Source: Takakia lepidozioides (taxonomy: Eukaryota > Plantae > Bryophyta). From it: DNA of 64,000 bases. Within the stretch, counting starts at the first letter, position 1, and the number at the start of each line of letters is the position of its first letter. The stretch is from NCBI GenBank assembly GCA_030704615.1, contig CM060732.1, forward strand, positions 47,182,001 through 47,246,000, given 5' to 3'. The notes beneath the pieces are model-generated. The model did not search any database. It worked only from the letters and a program-made list of their open reading frames with translations, and was not told where the DNA came from. Made by a program: the position numbers and the translations under genes. Positions 12,878 through 24,560 of this stretch are shown here, piece after piece.

Positions 12878-15800
12878 TTATGGGCTTGTATCCCGCTGTA
12901 GAAGTGTGTTGACTTCGTTGAAACTCATAGTGGCTTGGTGAATGAAGAAGTTGCGCTTTGGATCACAAACCATCCTTCTCAAGAAGACGAAGTAAAGGTG
13001 TTTGCACGGTATGAACTTCCCTCTCTTTCCCAAACTACTTGAAAGCATACCAACAAAATCAGGACATGTACAATTGGGAAAATTGGAAACAATGATTTCG
13101 TACGTCTTGTCTTGCAGCGCAGATGCGGATGAGATCATGGTGAAGACCCGACCATACCCTGGATCAGGCACTTCCATTGTTCCCGCAACACGAGCGTGAA
13201 GCATTCTGGCGGACTCAATTTTGCCGTAGTGTTCTGCGGTTGGAGGGAATCGTCGAACCAGCTTCCCATTCCGTCTGGTTGGCCACAAGTGAGCGTCAGG
13301 CGGAGGTACCCGTGAACCGCTTCCACTTGAAGCACCTTCACGTGCAATGGAATGTCTGGCTAGGGAGAAACCCGCCTCTTCCAGCATTGCGATCTCTCGG
13401 TGAGTGAGACCTGTGCCCATCTTCACAGGCCACACGGTTGGTGGAGTAGGCTTCCTTACCACGGAAGGCCTCACTGTACCATGCACACATCTCCCACAAT
13501 CGTCAGCGCAAAACCAGAACTTGTGGTTCTTTGCCTCGCCTTGTCCGTAAGGGAGAAACAAACTCGTGAATGTAGGAGCTGCAGTGCGTTCTTTCCCTCT
13601 GGAGATTAATGATGTACATTTTTCATGATTGGTGGCCCTGATCGCCGCGCATTTCACACGAGATCCAGCACTTGTGCGTTCTATATGTCAAACCTCGTCC
13701 AAGCCCATGGACTCGATTATATGCGGCACCACGTTCTGGTCTTCAACCATTGCAGTGACAATGCTTGATGCAGGGGTCCGGTTTGGGGCAGAGTAGCCCT
13801 CACCTGTGGATGTTCCGCAATTCCATTCTGATCCAAGGGAACATGTGGCGTCGAGAAGTTCACCCTGTCCGCCCTATGGGAATCTGCATCCGATCCCGGA
13901 GGGGTGTCCAATTTCCGTTTGCAAGACCCGAATCTCTCTTCGCCTTCCAAATGGGGAACTCTTCCCACGAGAGGGGTGCCATCTGCACATATGCTCACTG
14001 CCCGCGCTATTTTGCTGGGATCCCCTGATCTTCTAGCTGCCCGCAACATCAACTCGCTCCTGTCCGGACCTTTGCCACCAAGGCCACCCCTCAAGATTGA
14101 CCTATATCTGGTTTGCTGCTGCAGAGCATGAATGAGGTCATCGGCCGTCGCCGCATACAAATCTCTCATTTTTTTGCCGGATTGCTGCAACCAGGCATTA
14201 TGCACTGTCTCCGCAAGATTGCAAGAAGGCATGTCCGCCATCTCCTCAATGGACATATGCTGCAAGGCAAAAAAAATAGAAAGCCGATATTAGGATTGGA
14301 CACTGAAAGATATATCCGAAGCACCCAAACGAAGGTGAATACAAACCACTCACCGTTGTCATGGCCGCTCCCCACTGTCGGTAACGGAAGTGCCAAAATG
14401 CGAACCAGTCTTGCAGTGCCCTCATGCTGTCCTCCGATGCCGCTCCAGATGAGTACCACCAGGCACGAATTGTCTGGAACAATGTATTCGCTTCCCCCAT
14501 AGTTTTGGCGTCTTTGTACTAGTTGCACAGTTGGCGATGCATAGTCTGCATATCTGGCTTGATGTATGTCTTTGTGTGTTTGTCCAGGGATTGTGTCCAA
14601 TGGAAAAGGCATGTACGTTCTCTTCCATGCATTGGCATTTTTGGGTCTCCTGTCCCGAACACAATGCGGACAGCGTTGAAGTTAGCTTGAGCACTATCGG
14701 CCATGAAACCAACGAAATTGGGAGATGGGAGACCATTGGAGGCCATAACTCGAATGAGAGCTTCCCACATGAGCTGTTGTGAATCTGTGTCCTCCGACTG
14801 CATGTCACACACTGCAATTGTCATGACCCGCTGGTACACAGGGTCGTAAACATGGCATGCCATTGTGGTCCAGTCTTTAACCCTCTTGACATGATCGAAC
14901 ATAAGGAAGCAGTTGCCAAGATCGCCACCCTTCTGCATACGTTTAACCAGGCTGACCCCGCTGCCCTCACCTTTTGTGGACATTTTGAACAAGAACACTT
15001 TCCTGGCTGCTTGTCCCGGGAAAACGTTGTCTTGGATGTAGTCATACATGCTCCTTTTCTTCAAATCCATAATATTGTCCATATAACCTCGGCTCCCAGA
15101 GCCCATTCTTAAAGCGTTCACCTGATTCCTAATGTTTGGAGAAGTCAAAGTTGAGAAATGGTCCATAACAGTGTCCAAAGCCGATCCCTCCAGTATTCCT
15201 CCAACCGAATTTGATGCACACAGAATACGGCTTTCCAGAAAGGACTTGCTCGCCCCCATGGCAATTGCAGATGTGGTTCCAGTTGGATTGGTATCCAACT
15301 CTTGCCTTATCAGACGCGAGACTGTGTCAACGCTCTCCCTATAATCCCCCTTGGACACATGGTGGTTGTGAAAACCGAAATGGACACAGGCTCTAGTCAG
15401 GGTTTTGAATCGATGCACCACATAATACATTTTGGCGCCACACAAAGCAAGGCAGCAAGGTGGTACCCTACAGAACTTGCACACAAAAGTGTTACTGTAT
15501 GGTGGTGTCACCCCAGGCTTGAATGGATTCTCACTGACACCATCCCATTCGCTTTGGTTTTGCACACCTGACAATGCGAAGTGTCTGCATTTCATGTTCT
15601 CGCATTTCAGGTGCCCATTACAGACTGTTCGCCTGAATATGAGGTTGTCGTTGTTGTGAATATTGGAGGTTTTTGTGCGGCACCAAGGGTGCCCATCGTG
15701 CTTTTTGTCCATTCCTTCCAGGAGACTAGAAATGCCCCCCAAGCGACCAGGAGGAGGCAGCTCGAAAACAGTATTACCATCAAAAGATTCCGGCAAGAAT

Positions 15801-16381
15801 GCCACCCTTTGAATATTGAAAGTGCTCCAGTCTATCCCCCTCAACTCACTCTTGAATCCTGCCATCCCACCTATGGCTTTCAGTTTAGGAATGACACTGG
15901 TGATCTCCTCCACATCTGCTTCTACATGTGGACATGGCTGATCCACGGGCGGTATTGCACATGTGTCATCGGAGGATGAGTCCGAAAGCTCAACTACAGT
16001 GTTAACGGTACTCGTCTCCTTCTTGACAACCACGGGTGTTTTCTCTTGGGCCACTGATGCTGCCGTGCCAGGAGTTACGAAAGATCCTGCAGACTGTCTC
16101 AGAGGAGCACTGAGCACCCTGTATCTGCCTGGAGGCACTCTCCATTGTGTGGCTGGTGCAGTATGCGAAGGTTTCTGGAACACGTACTTGAGCAGTTTTC
16201 CATTGGCATCGTACACTTCCCTTTGAAGGAATAGAGTTCCATTTTCCAACCGAAACTGCGTTGCGAGGACGTGTTCATGCACCAGCGCAAAACCATCATC
16301 TTCCACCTCGTAAGAAAATGGCACAGGGTGGTCCTCACTGAAGAAGTCCGCGTCAAGGGAGCCCATGGCCTGGGAGGCCAT
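12878..16381 (-). pseudogene. GCM-like zinc domain + MULE DDE transposase + C-terminal SWIM finger, lightly disrupted
   Basis: GCM-like 'DGHPW..CNGHLKCENMKC..CKFC..C..C..HFGFHNH'; DDE core 'FDHVKR', 'FMADSAQAN', 'CLFHW', 'NLAETVHNAW'; SWIM 'CTCPDF..CKHLYF'. In-frame TAG at 14519-14521, an intron at about 14263-14353 and a frameshift near 13760. Confidence 0.85.
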
Positions 16382-17140
16382 ATGTCGATGTTGCTTTAGA
16401 AAGTAGAGTTCACAGTCCGACGGTGCTTGTGAATGCAAATTGTGTGGGAGCGGAGTTTTTGGCGTCCTCACAGAGAATTGCAGGTATCGCTCCGGCTTGC
16501 AGATCTCCTAACGCGGGTTTCCACTTCTGTGAAATGTCTCCCCATGCGAACCAAGCGCATGGTCACAGAGTGCCCAAATGCGGAGTCCATAATGTCAGCC
16601 CTAATCCTAGAATCCAACTGTTTTTCCACAAGTGCCCCACCAGTGCATTCGTTGACAGATTGACTGACAGAGCCGCCGTTTGGTTGTCATGTCAGAGAGG
16701 CCAGAAGAGATGCCCATTTCCATTTAATTTTAACGGCACCTGCACCGCTGTACAACTGTACATACTTGACATTCCTCTGGAACATCCCAGAATAAATTGC
16801 CCAATAATGAACTTTTTCAGATGAGAGGTGATTAGACACCAACGATTTTTGGATGGATGAGGATCCAATGATCTCCGCCGATATTTCATAACGATTAGAT
16901 GGACACGTGTTCGCCATGCATGTGGAATGAGTCAGTGGCGCACTGAACGTTGCGAGCGAACGTCTTGGCGTTGAAGGCCTTGCGATGAACCTCCCATAGT
17001 CCTCTTTTTTCCCTCTTCTCCTTATTGTCTTTGCAACCCTGGATTCTGCAGAGACGGTGACCCCATTCCGAGGGAGAAGCAAGCGTCGAAGAACACTTTA
17101 TTTCACATCAAACAAGCAAAGGGCACGCGCTAAGGAGAGG

Positions 17141-18834
17141 ATGAGGAAGGCGAGACGGGAACTTAGAATGGGAGAAGAAACATCCGGCGTAGAGGAAGAC
17201 GAAGGGCAAAACAGGATTCTGCAACCGCAGTGTGGAGAGGAAGGTCTTGAAGTGATCCCGGAGGCGACCGATGAGCAACCTCCAATAGAAGGGGGGGAGG
17301 ATGAGGAAGTGAGCTGGGCTCAGGAGAAAGCACTGCGAGTAGAGAAACAGGTCTTCAAAGAGCAGGGAGAACAAACGGACGTGGAAACGATGCCGTCTGC
17401 CCTTGTTTCGCACCATCGGGACCTCCTTGGAAGCATGCTACCTCCAGACCAAATGGAAAGATTGAATGCGTCAAGAGCATCATCAAGTGCAAAGAAGAAA
17501 CCGGAGGTGGCTATGAACTCTCTTTCTCTCTCTCTGATTCTGTCTGGTTCTTGCTAAGCATTGAGGTCGACATCAACCTTGCGTCAACGCAAGGTTGAAG
17601 TCGACCTCCTAAGTGTATATATTGGGCATCAAAACAGTGCAGATGCTGCACTACAATCAAGCTAGACGGACATGGATGCTTGCGATGCATCATCAAGTTC
17701 GAAGAAGAAGAAGAGACAACAATCTCTTTTTCCTGTAGCTTTTGTGTTTGTTCAACACCGATCCGAGAGCTCGCAATCAACCTTGCGTCAACGCAAGGTT
17801 GATGCCAACCTCCATGGTGTATGTTAGAACTTATAGTGAAACGAACAGATGCCGCACAGGAATCAACATTGCGTTGACGCAAGGCTAGTTTTGATGATTT
17901 TTTTGTTCAATGGAAGCGTCCGATCTCTCATACCCTGAACTGTAAGGTAGGGAAAGTTGATTAGTTGAAGCTCCCAAAAGAACCCTGTGTCAACGCAAAG
18001 CATTTTTTTGCTTCAAAAGTCTTTCCTGTATGCCTTTCAGTCTAAACTACATCCCCATCAATCAACCTTGCGTCAAAGCAATGTTGATCCATGGGTGCTC
18101 AATCTGTCACTCATAGATAATTCATTCTGTGCAGAGGAAAAGAAAAAGGAAATCCGAGGGGGAAGATTTGGCCGCGTCAGAAGGTGAAGGTGAGGAAGAC
18201 TCATTGGAGGGAAACTATGAAGACAAGGCCAAGGAGATAATTGGTGGGCAAAAAGTGAACTCGTCGAAGGTGATTCTGTCGATGGAGGTTCCCGGCGGAA
18301 ACCTGGTCATTCCGCTGTGCAGGATGATCTCCATGCCCGCTGTTCGACCGGCATTGAGGAATGATATAACGAAGTTGAAGAACGACTTTGTTCACGGCTA
18401 TGTCAAGGGATCAGCAGTGTTCTACGTATCCACTATGAACATGAAAGGAGAGGAGTGTCTTGTAACAGAGGACATTGAGCAAGGTTGGGATGCATGCTGG
18501 CGGGATGTAAACAGGGAGTTCGAGTTTAAGCTGTCCAAAAAGGCCTCCACAAAAGCATTCATCGGAAAGATGTTTTTTGTCTGGGATGGGAACCACAGAC
18601 TGCTTGCTTGGATGGATTACATCTCAAGCTTGCACTCGGACGACATCGAATGGCACTGGAGCGTGGTTTCCATGGTTCTCGATCACAAAGGACGTGACAC
18701 GCAGCTCTTGACAGCCATGCACGACATAAACAAGTAAGTTTCCAACTTTGTGTCTATTCCTTATTTCGACAATTTGAAATCATCTTATGAGTTGAAGGTT
18801 TTTCCAGGTCCAATGAAACATCTGGCTTTCAGCC
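17141..18834 (+). pseudogene. 5' half of the ParB-methyltransferase gene: acidic/basic N-terminus plus ParB/Srx-like domain, cut by the LTR insertion
   Basis: Exon 18135-18733 encodes 'IPLCRMISMPAVRP..FFVWDGNHRLLAW' (ParB/Srx GxxRxxA). Intron 18734-18807 is followed by exon 'SNETSGFQP', which ends at the LTR start (18835). Start codon uncertain. Confidence 0.75.
17563..18085. repeat. Cluster 3 of 22-bp palindromes (5 copies) in an intron of the ParB half
   Basis: Copies start at 17575, 17779, 17865, 17981 and 18064. The first extends to a 46-bp hairpin, GAGGTCGACATCAACCTTGCGT-CA-ACGCAAGGTTGAAGTCGACCTC (17563-17608). Confidence 0.9.
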
Positions 18835-20626
18835 TGTTGACGGCTTGTACTTTCAGGTTTGGGAGTGCAAGAAAGGAAGGAAGGGCTAGTTTCCCTGTAG
18901 GGCATGTGTGGAGTATGCTTCCAGCCCGCTGAAGCGTGTATTTTCAGGTTGGTGGGTGCAAGAAAGAAAGCAAAAGGGCTGATTCTCTGGTGGTGAGAGT
19001 GGGGCATGTGTGGAGCATGCCTTCAGTCCAATGGGCTTTTGTTTTCAAGCTTTAGAGAACTAGAAGAGAAGGTAAGGGGCTGATCTGCTCTTATGTGACA
19101 GTCCGACACTTGTAGAGCGTGTTTTGAGTTGGGGTTTCAACCTCAAGCCTAGATAGAGCATGGCTCTTGAAGTGGCAGGTGTAGGGGGCTGGAATAGGCT
19201 CTAAGACAGATGCTATAGCCAAGGGAAACGCTTGAATGAGTGCTCACAAGGGCTGGAAACCAGCAAGGCTTGGTTGTTTGCCATTGAGTTTAGTGGCGTG
19301 TTTGGGGAGTCTAAGTGAGAAAGAAGGCTTGGTTTGTGGCAACCATCTTCCTCATGGCTTAGAGCTACTATTGGTGGTGTGTAGGAGCCAAAAGAGCAAG
19401 AATACCTTGCTGATTTCTTCACAGCCGCCATAGCTCGGTGCAAAGAAGCCTAGAGTCCAAGAGACACAAACCCTAGCTTGGCGTGGCTAAACCCCTTGGA
19501 GAAATGGCTAAACTGTCATGAGTGGCCTGTGGGGCTGTGACGGGCTGTGGTGGGCTGTGACAGGCTGTGCCCTGTGGCCTGTGGGGCTATGACGGGCTGT
19601 GATGGGCTGTGATGGGCTGTGGCGGGCCGTGACAGGCTGTGCCATGTGGCCTGTGGGGCTGTGATGGGCTGTGACAGGTTGTGGCGAGCTGTGAGGGGCT
19701 GTGAGGGGCTGTGACAGGCTGTGCCCTGTGGCCTGTGGGGCTGTGACGGGCTGTGATGGGCTGTGACAGGCTGTGGCGGGCTGTGATAGGCTAAGCCCAG
19801 TGGCCTGTGGGGCTGTGATGGGCTGTGAGGGGCTGTGACAGGCTGTGGCCTGTGGCCTGTGGCTGTGCTGTGACGGGCTGTGACAGGCTGTGGCGAGCTG
19901 TGAGGGGCTGTGAGGGGCTGTGACGGGCTGCGGCCTGTGGGGCTGTGACCTTGTGACCTGTGTGGGGCTGTGATGGCTGTGTGACCAGTGAGCTGTGTGG
20001 GCCTGTGCTGACTCGTGGAGGCACTGGTGGGCTGCCTAAGGACTGACATGTGGTCTTGAAGGCCGAATTTTGAAGCTCGTGGAGGGCGGTTTGAGGAGTA
20101 TCTTCATGATATTCCCAGGGTCATGCAAGTAAGGGAAGAGAGGAGAGGAAGAGTGTTGGGATGAGGGCATGCTGGGGTTAGGCATTGCTTTAGCTTCTCT
20201 TCCTCGTAGTTTCCACCCTCTCATTAGGCCAAGACCTTTCCGTAGGTGGAGGCAAGAGTCAGTCTGGGTTTGGGCTGGGGTGTTCTTGCAGGAGCAACAC
20301 CGTGGAGTTGTTTTTGGTGTGGGGGAGTTGTCGTTCTGATTTCTTGTGTTTGGATCCCCTCCATACCTGCATGCTTGACTGTGCGCCATGCTAGTTTTGT
20401 GTGGGCGCTTGTTTTTATAGATGATTGGTCCGGATTTGATCACCGGCCAGTCCTAGAGCATGCTGTCGATGGTGAGGCTGGGGTGATGACCAGCCAGACC
20501 ATCATTGTTTCTCCTGTGGTGAGGTTGGAGGTGATGACCAGCCAACCATAGGAGTGCTTGCGGTGGATGCAAGTACAGGTGTAGGCTATGTTAGGAACTT
20601 AGTATTCCAAACCATAAGCCGCAACA
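18835..20626 (+). repeat. 5' LTR, about 1.8 kb
   Basis: Begins TGTTGACGGCTT and ends AAGCCGCAACA (near-perfect inverted termini, TG..CA), upstream of gag. Confidence 0.75.
19520..20010. repeat. Minisatellite of ~10-bp GGGCTGTGAC-like units inside the LTR
   Basis: Dozens of degenerate ggctgtga/ggcctgtg units are directly visible. Confidence 0.9.
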
Positions 20627-23607
20627 GGTTCTCTACCCGGTTACCTTGTGGAGAGGGGGTTAGGGACATGTTCATGACCGGTTGAGTGTCAACACGGAGG
20701 TGCCACTAGTTGCTGGGGACAGTGCCGGTTTGAGCACTAGCGATACTAGTGGGTACACGAGACGAGGTGTGTGGTTTAGGCCACCTTCACCTCCTGTGTC
20801 TTCTACGGAAGGTTCTGATTCGGATTGTGAATCAGGAGGACTCATACCGACGGTGCAAGTTGTTTCTTTGCCATTGTTGTGGGACACAATGGAGGAGATG
20901 TATGGAGCTACCAAGGGGCCACGAAGGTACTCTGGGGCGGTGGGCACCATCGAGTTGGATGATTTTATCCAAGAGTTTGATAGTTGGTGTGATTTGCAGC
21001 AATGCACAATCCACAACTATTTACGCCTTTCATGGCATGGAAGCGGTTGTTTCAGCACCTTGAGGGCCGCCTATGGATGATTACCATGAGTTCAGGCAGG
21101 GGCATGAGGTTGAGATCGAGGAGTGGATGATGTACTAGTCACCCGACTATATCTCCATCACTAAGGGCACTAGAGCCACGAGGGCAGTGGCTACACCTGC
21201 CGCTGCACCGGCAGCTTCAGCGAGTAGCAGTGGGACTGGTGGGACTGGTGGTACAGTAGCTATGACGTCCACCCAAGCCACTACCGCACCAGCACTAGTA
21301 CCCGTGCCTGCCTTCAACCCTGTTGTGGAGTTCTTCGAAGAGTTGAGAGGGAACTACCAAGGGGTGAGGACAGAGAAGTTGCGGAGCTTGCAAGAGTTCC
21401 AACGGAAGCCGACCGAGAGCTTGAGGGAGGCTTTCACTCGCATGAGGCGCTTGATAAATGTAACCCAAGGGGTTACGGAAGCTAAGGCAGTCCAATTCTG
21501 GTATGGGATATTGGACAAGGAGCTGAGAGAAAGGGTGCGGGATGCAACTCTCCTACAAGCGGCCCAACCCACCTTAGCAAATGCGTTTTGCTGGCAGAGT
21601 GGATAGAAGCTCAACATGGTGGAGGAACGAGTGGTCATGGTAGGATTTGCTAAGGAGACACCACGGGGTAGTGGTGATCCTAGCCAACCACTACCTCAAC
21701 GTGCTCAAGGCAACAAGGGGGCTCAGGTGAAGCTCAGGGAAGGGCAGAGAGGACCTCAGATGCAGGGGTCTCTCCCTTCATTTGCTGGCCAACAACGGGC
21801 AGATGTGGTGTGCTGGACATGTGGAGGACCCCATGTCAAGAAGGATTGCCCAGAGGGAGGCAAAGGGCCGGCACATGCACAGCCTGCACAGTTGCAGTAT
21901 GGGCATTGTGGCAAGCACGGGCATGGAGAGGCCCAGTGTTATGGTTTGCATCCTGAGTTGCGCCCAGGCCAGTTCCAAAGGAACAATGGTGGCCGGGGCG
22001 AGGTGGAGCAGCCCAGAGAGGACGAGGTGGCCAGCCACGAGGTGCAGGCCAAGGGCAAGCTCAACATGGCCAAGGACGCGGAGGTCAGGGTGTTGACCAA
22101 GGCATGGCCAACCGGCTTCAGCAGTTAGAGTAGAGGCTCGCTGCCATGGCTACAGCTCAGGTGGTACCGGCTCTAAGGCCGGATGGTCCACCTCCTGCTC
22201 CTGATGGAGCAGATATGGGAGGCATGGGATTCATGTGTGGAGCAGCACTACCACTAGTGCAGGTGGAGTCTGCTGCAGCCGTGACTCGAGGAGCAGCACG
22301 AGTTCCTGAGCCACGAGGTGCAGAGATGGAGTTGGATCCACAGCGTGGGGAGCAAGCCGTCAGGCTAGGCTTCCTCAGTCATTCACATTGGCGGAGACAG
22401 TGTCGACGCCATCCATGGCACCTAGTTCTCGCCCGACTTTTACCGAGGCGGAGGTTACTATGCCATTAGGGAGAGCTACACGGGTAGCACCACTACCTAG
22501 TGTTGCCAAGGCTAGGCAGCTAGTGTGTTGCTAGGAGCGGCCACATCTGTGTGCCAGGCTCCATTGTTCTCGGCTACCATGATTGCGACGCCGGGGGTAA
22601 GACCAGTTGAGGTGTTCAGGCTGGCAGCTACACTCTGTGAGAGTGGGGAGGTTACTTCATCTTCTGTGGAGATAGTGGGAGGTGTAGTGCCGGAGGGATC
22701 CTCGGATTTGAGGGTCAAGACTGCCACGGCGCCATGGCAAGCTGCAACTGCCAGGTTGATGGAGCTGCCAGCTAGGCCAGCCATTGAGCGCGCCATGGTG
22801 ACACCTGGAGTTGTCATGTTAGACAACCAGGATGACATTTTCTGTTTGAGTGGACCGGCAGGCAAGAGGTACCGGCCATTGCGGGTCTTGTTGGACTCGG
22901 GAGCTCAGCCACTGATGCTGGGCAGAGCTGCTATTGCAGGCTTGGGCCTCACGGAGGCGGATATGGAGCCTTGTCCTTTCCAGATATAGACGTCTCTGGG
23001 AGGATCGGAGCAGGCTCGGGGCATGACACGGCATGAGTTGGCTATCAGACTACGGCCGGATCACCCTACAGATGGCTCAGTGATGCGAGCCAAGGCCATT
23101 GTGACAGACGCGGTCTCATACGATGTCTTGGTTGGTGGGGGGGCAGTGTTGTACCCCATGGGCTTCACCCTGGATTTTTGGGAGGAGTCAGCTTCCTATA
23201 GGCCTGCATGGCAGTCAGGGGAGGGCCGACGTGTGCAGCTCCCTGTGACGTTCATAGGAGGAGTTGCGGTTGCCCAGCGAGGCAAGATGCGACACTAGCA
23301 GCATTCACAGCGGCAGTGAGTTGGCCTAGAGAGTTGCTTGAGGGCAACGCTCATTCAGAGGATGTGCCACCTCCGAGAGAGCAGGATGACATGTATGGTA
23401 TGGTGGAGTTGCCTACCATGGTTGCTTAGACTCCATTGTGGGGCACGAGCAAGAATTTGCAGCGGGATGCTGATCGACGGGTGCAACAAGCCTGGGTGGA
23501 GGCTTTTGTACCGTCAAAGAGGGAGGAGTGCGGGGATTGCACCAGGACCACCTCAGTTGTCTCCATTGGACACCACACCTATTGTGTGGCAGTATCCGGA
23601 TGAAGAC

Positions 23608-24560
23608 ATTTGTCTTCTGGACTTGTTTGGCGGGATCAGCACCGGATTGGCTGCTGTGTTACAGGCAGGTGTACGAGTTCGGCGTTACCTGTATGTGGAG
23701 AGGGATGAGACTGCACGACGTGTTTCACTTCGCCATGTTGCTCAGTTGGTGCAGCGGTACCCTGAGTTGTTGTTGGTGTCTGCAATTCGTGGATATCAGC
23801 AGGCCTTGCCAGCAGACATTTCGTTGCTGGGGGCGCAGGATTTGGAGCGGGTTGGCTCCATTGATCTGGTAGTGGCAGGTTGGCCCTGCCAAGGCATTCA
23901 TCAGCCGGGCATGACAATGGATTGCGAGACTCGAGGTCGGGTCTGTTTTGGGAGATGGTGCGGGTTTTGCGCCACTTGCAGCTTCATCAAGCTGTATCTC
24001 CAGCATACATCTTGGAGAATGTGCCACTGATGGGCGATTCTCAGGCCAGGGTGATGGCCAGTGTGCATCAAGTCGTGGCTTGGGTCAGCAGTATTGCTAG
24101 ATGCAGCTACAGTGGGGTCACGGGCTCATCGTCCACGGCTATGGTGACTAACTTGATGCCACCCGCACTGCTCAAGCGTGCATTTGATGGGGTGCAGCGG
24201 CCAGCACATCTCAACAGTGGATAGCATTCTTTGACACAGGGAGGCAGTCTCAGTGTGTGAGACACGATGACCGTTTGCCTTTGGCAGTGGTCAACAAAGT
24301 GGGTCAATCACGAGCAACATTACCACATTGTTCAGCTTCCCAGGATCGCATGCTTTCCGGGATAGTGGACCTGGCCTAGGTGGGATGCTCAGTTGTTGCA
24401 GCAGTTAGTGGAGCCTAATGCTGACGAGCGTGAGCAGACATGGGTTTTACCACTGGTACCACGGCGGTGTTGTCTCTTTCTGAGGCATCACGTCGTCAAG
24501 TATTGGGGCAAGCAATGGATCTCAATTGCTTGACCTGGATTATCAGCTTGGCTATGGCTG
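23608..24560 (+). pseudogene. C5 cytosine DNA methyltransferase domain inside pol, between protease and RT
   Basis: Motif I 'LLDLFGGISTG', II 'YVERD', IV 'DLVVAGWPCQG', 'RSGLFWE', VI 'ILENV', VIII 'AHRPRLW', IX 'ERE..MGF' and X 'LGQAMD', in canonical order across frameshifts. Confidence 0.9.

Noticed and set aside
3850-18834. Bacterial or phage contamination as the source of the ParB and MTase domains
   Set aside because: Both halves contain spliceosomal introns and are interleaved with plant transposons.
19516-20049. His/Ser/Pro-rich ORFs of 177 and 77 aa
   Set aside because: They are translations of the LTR minisatellite.
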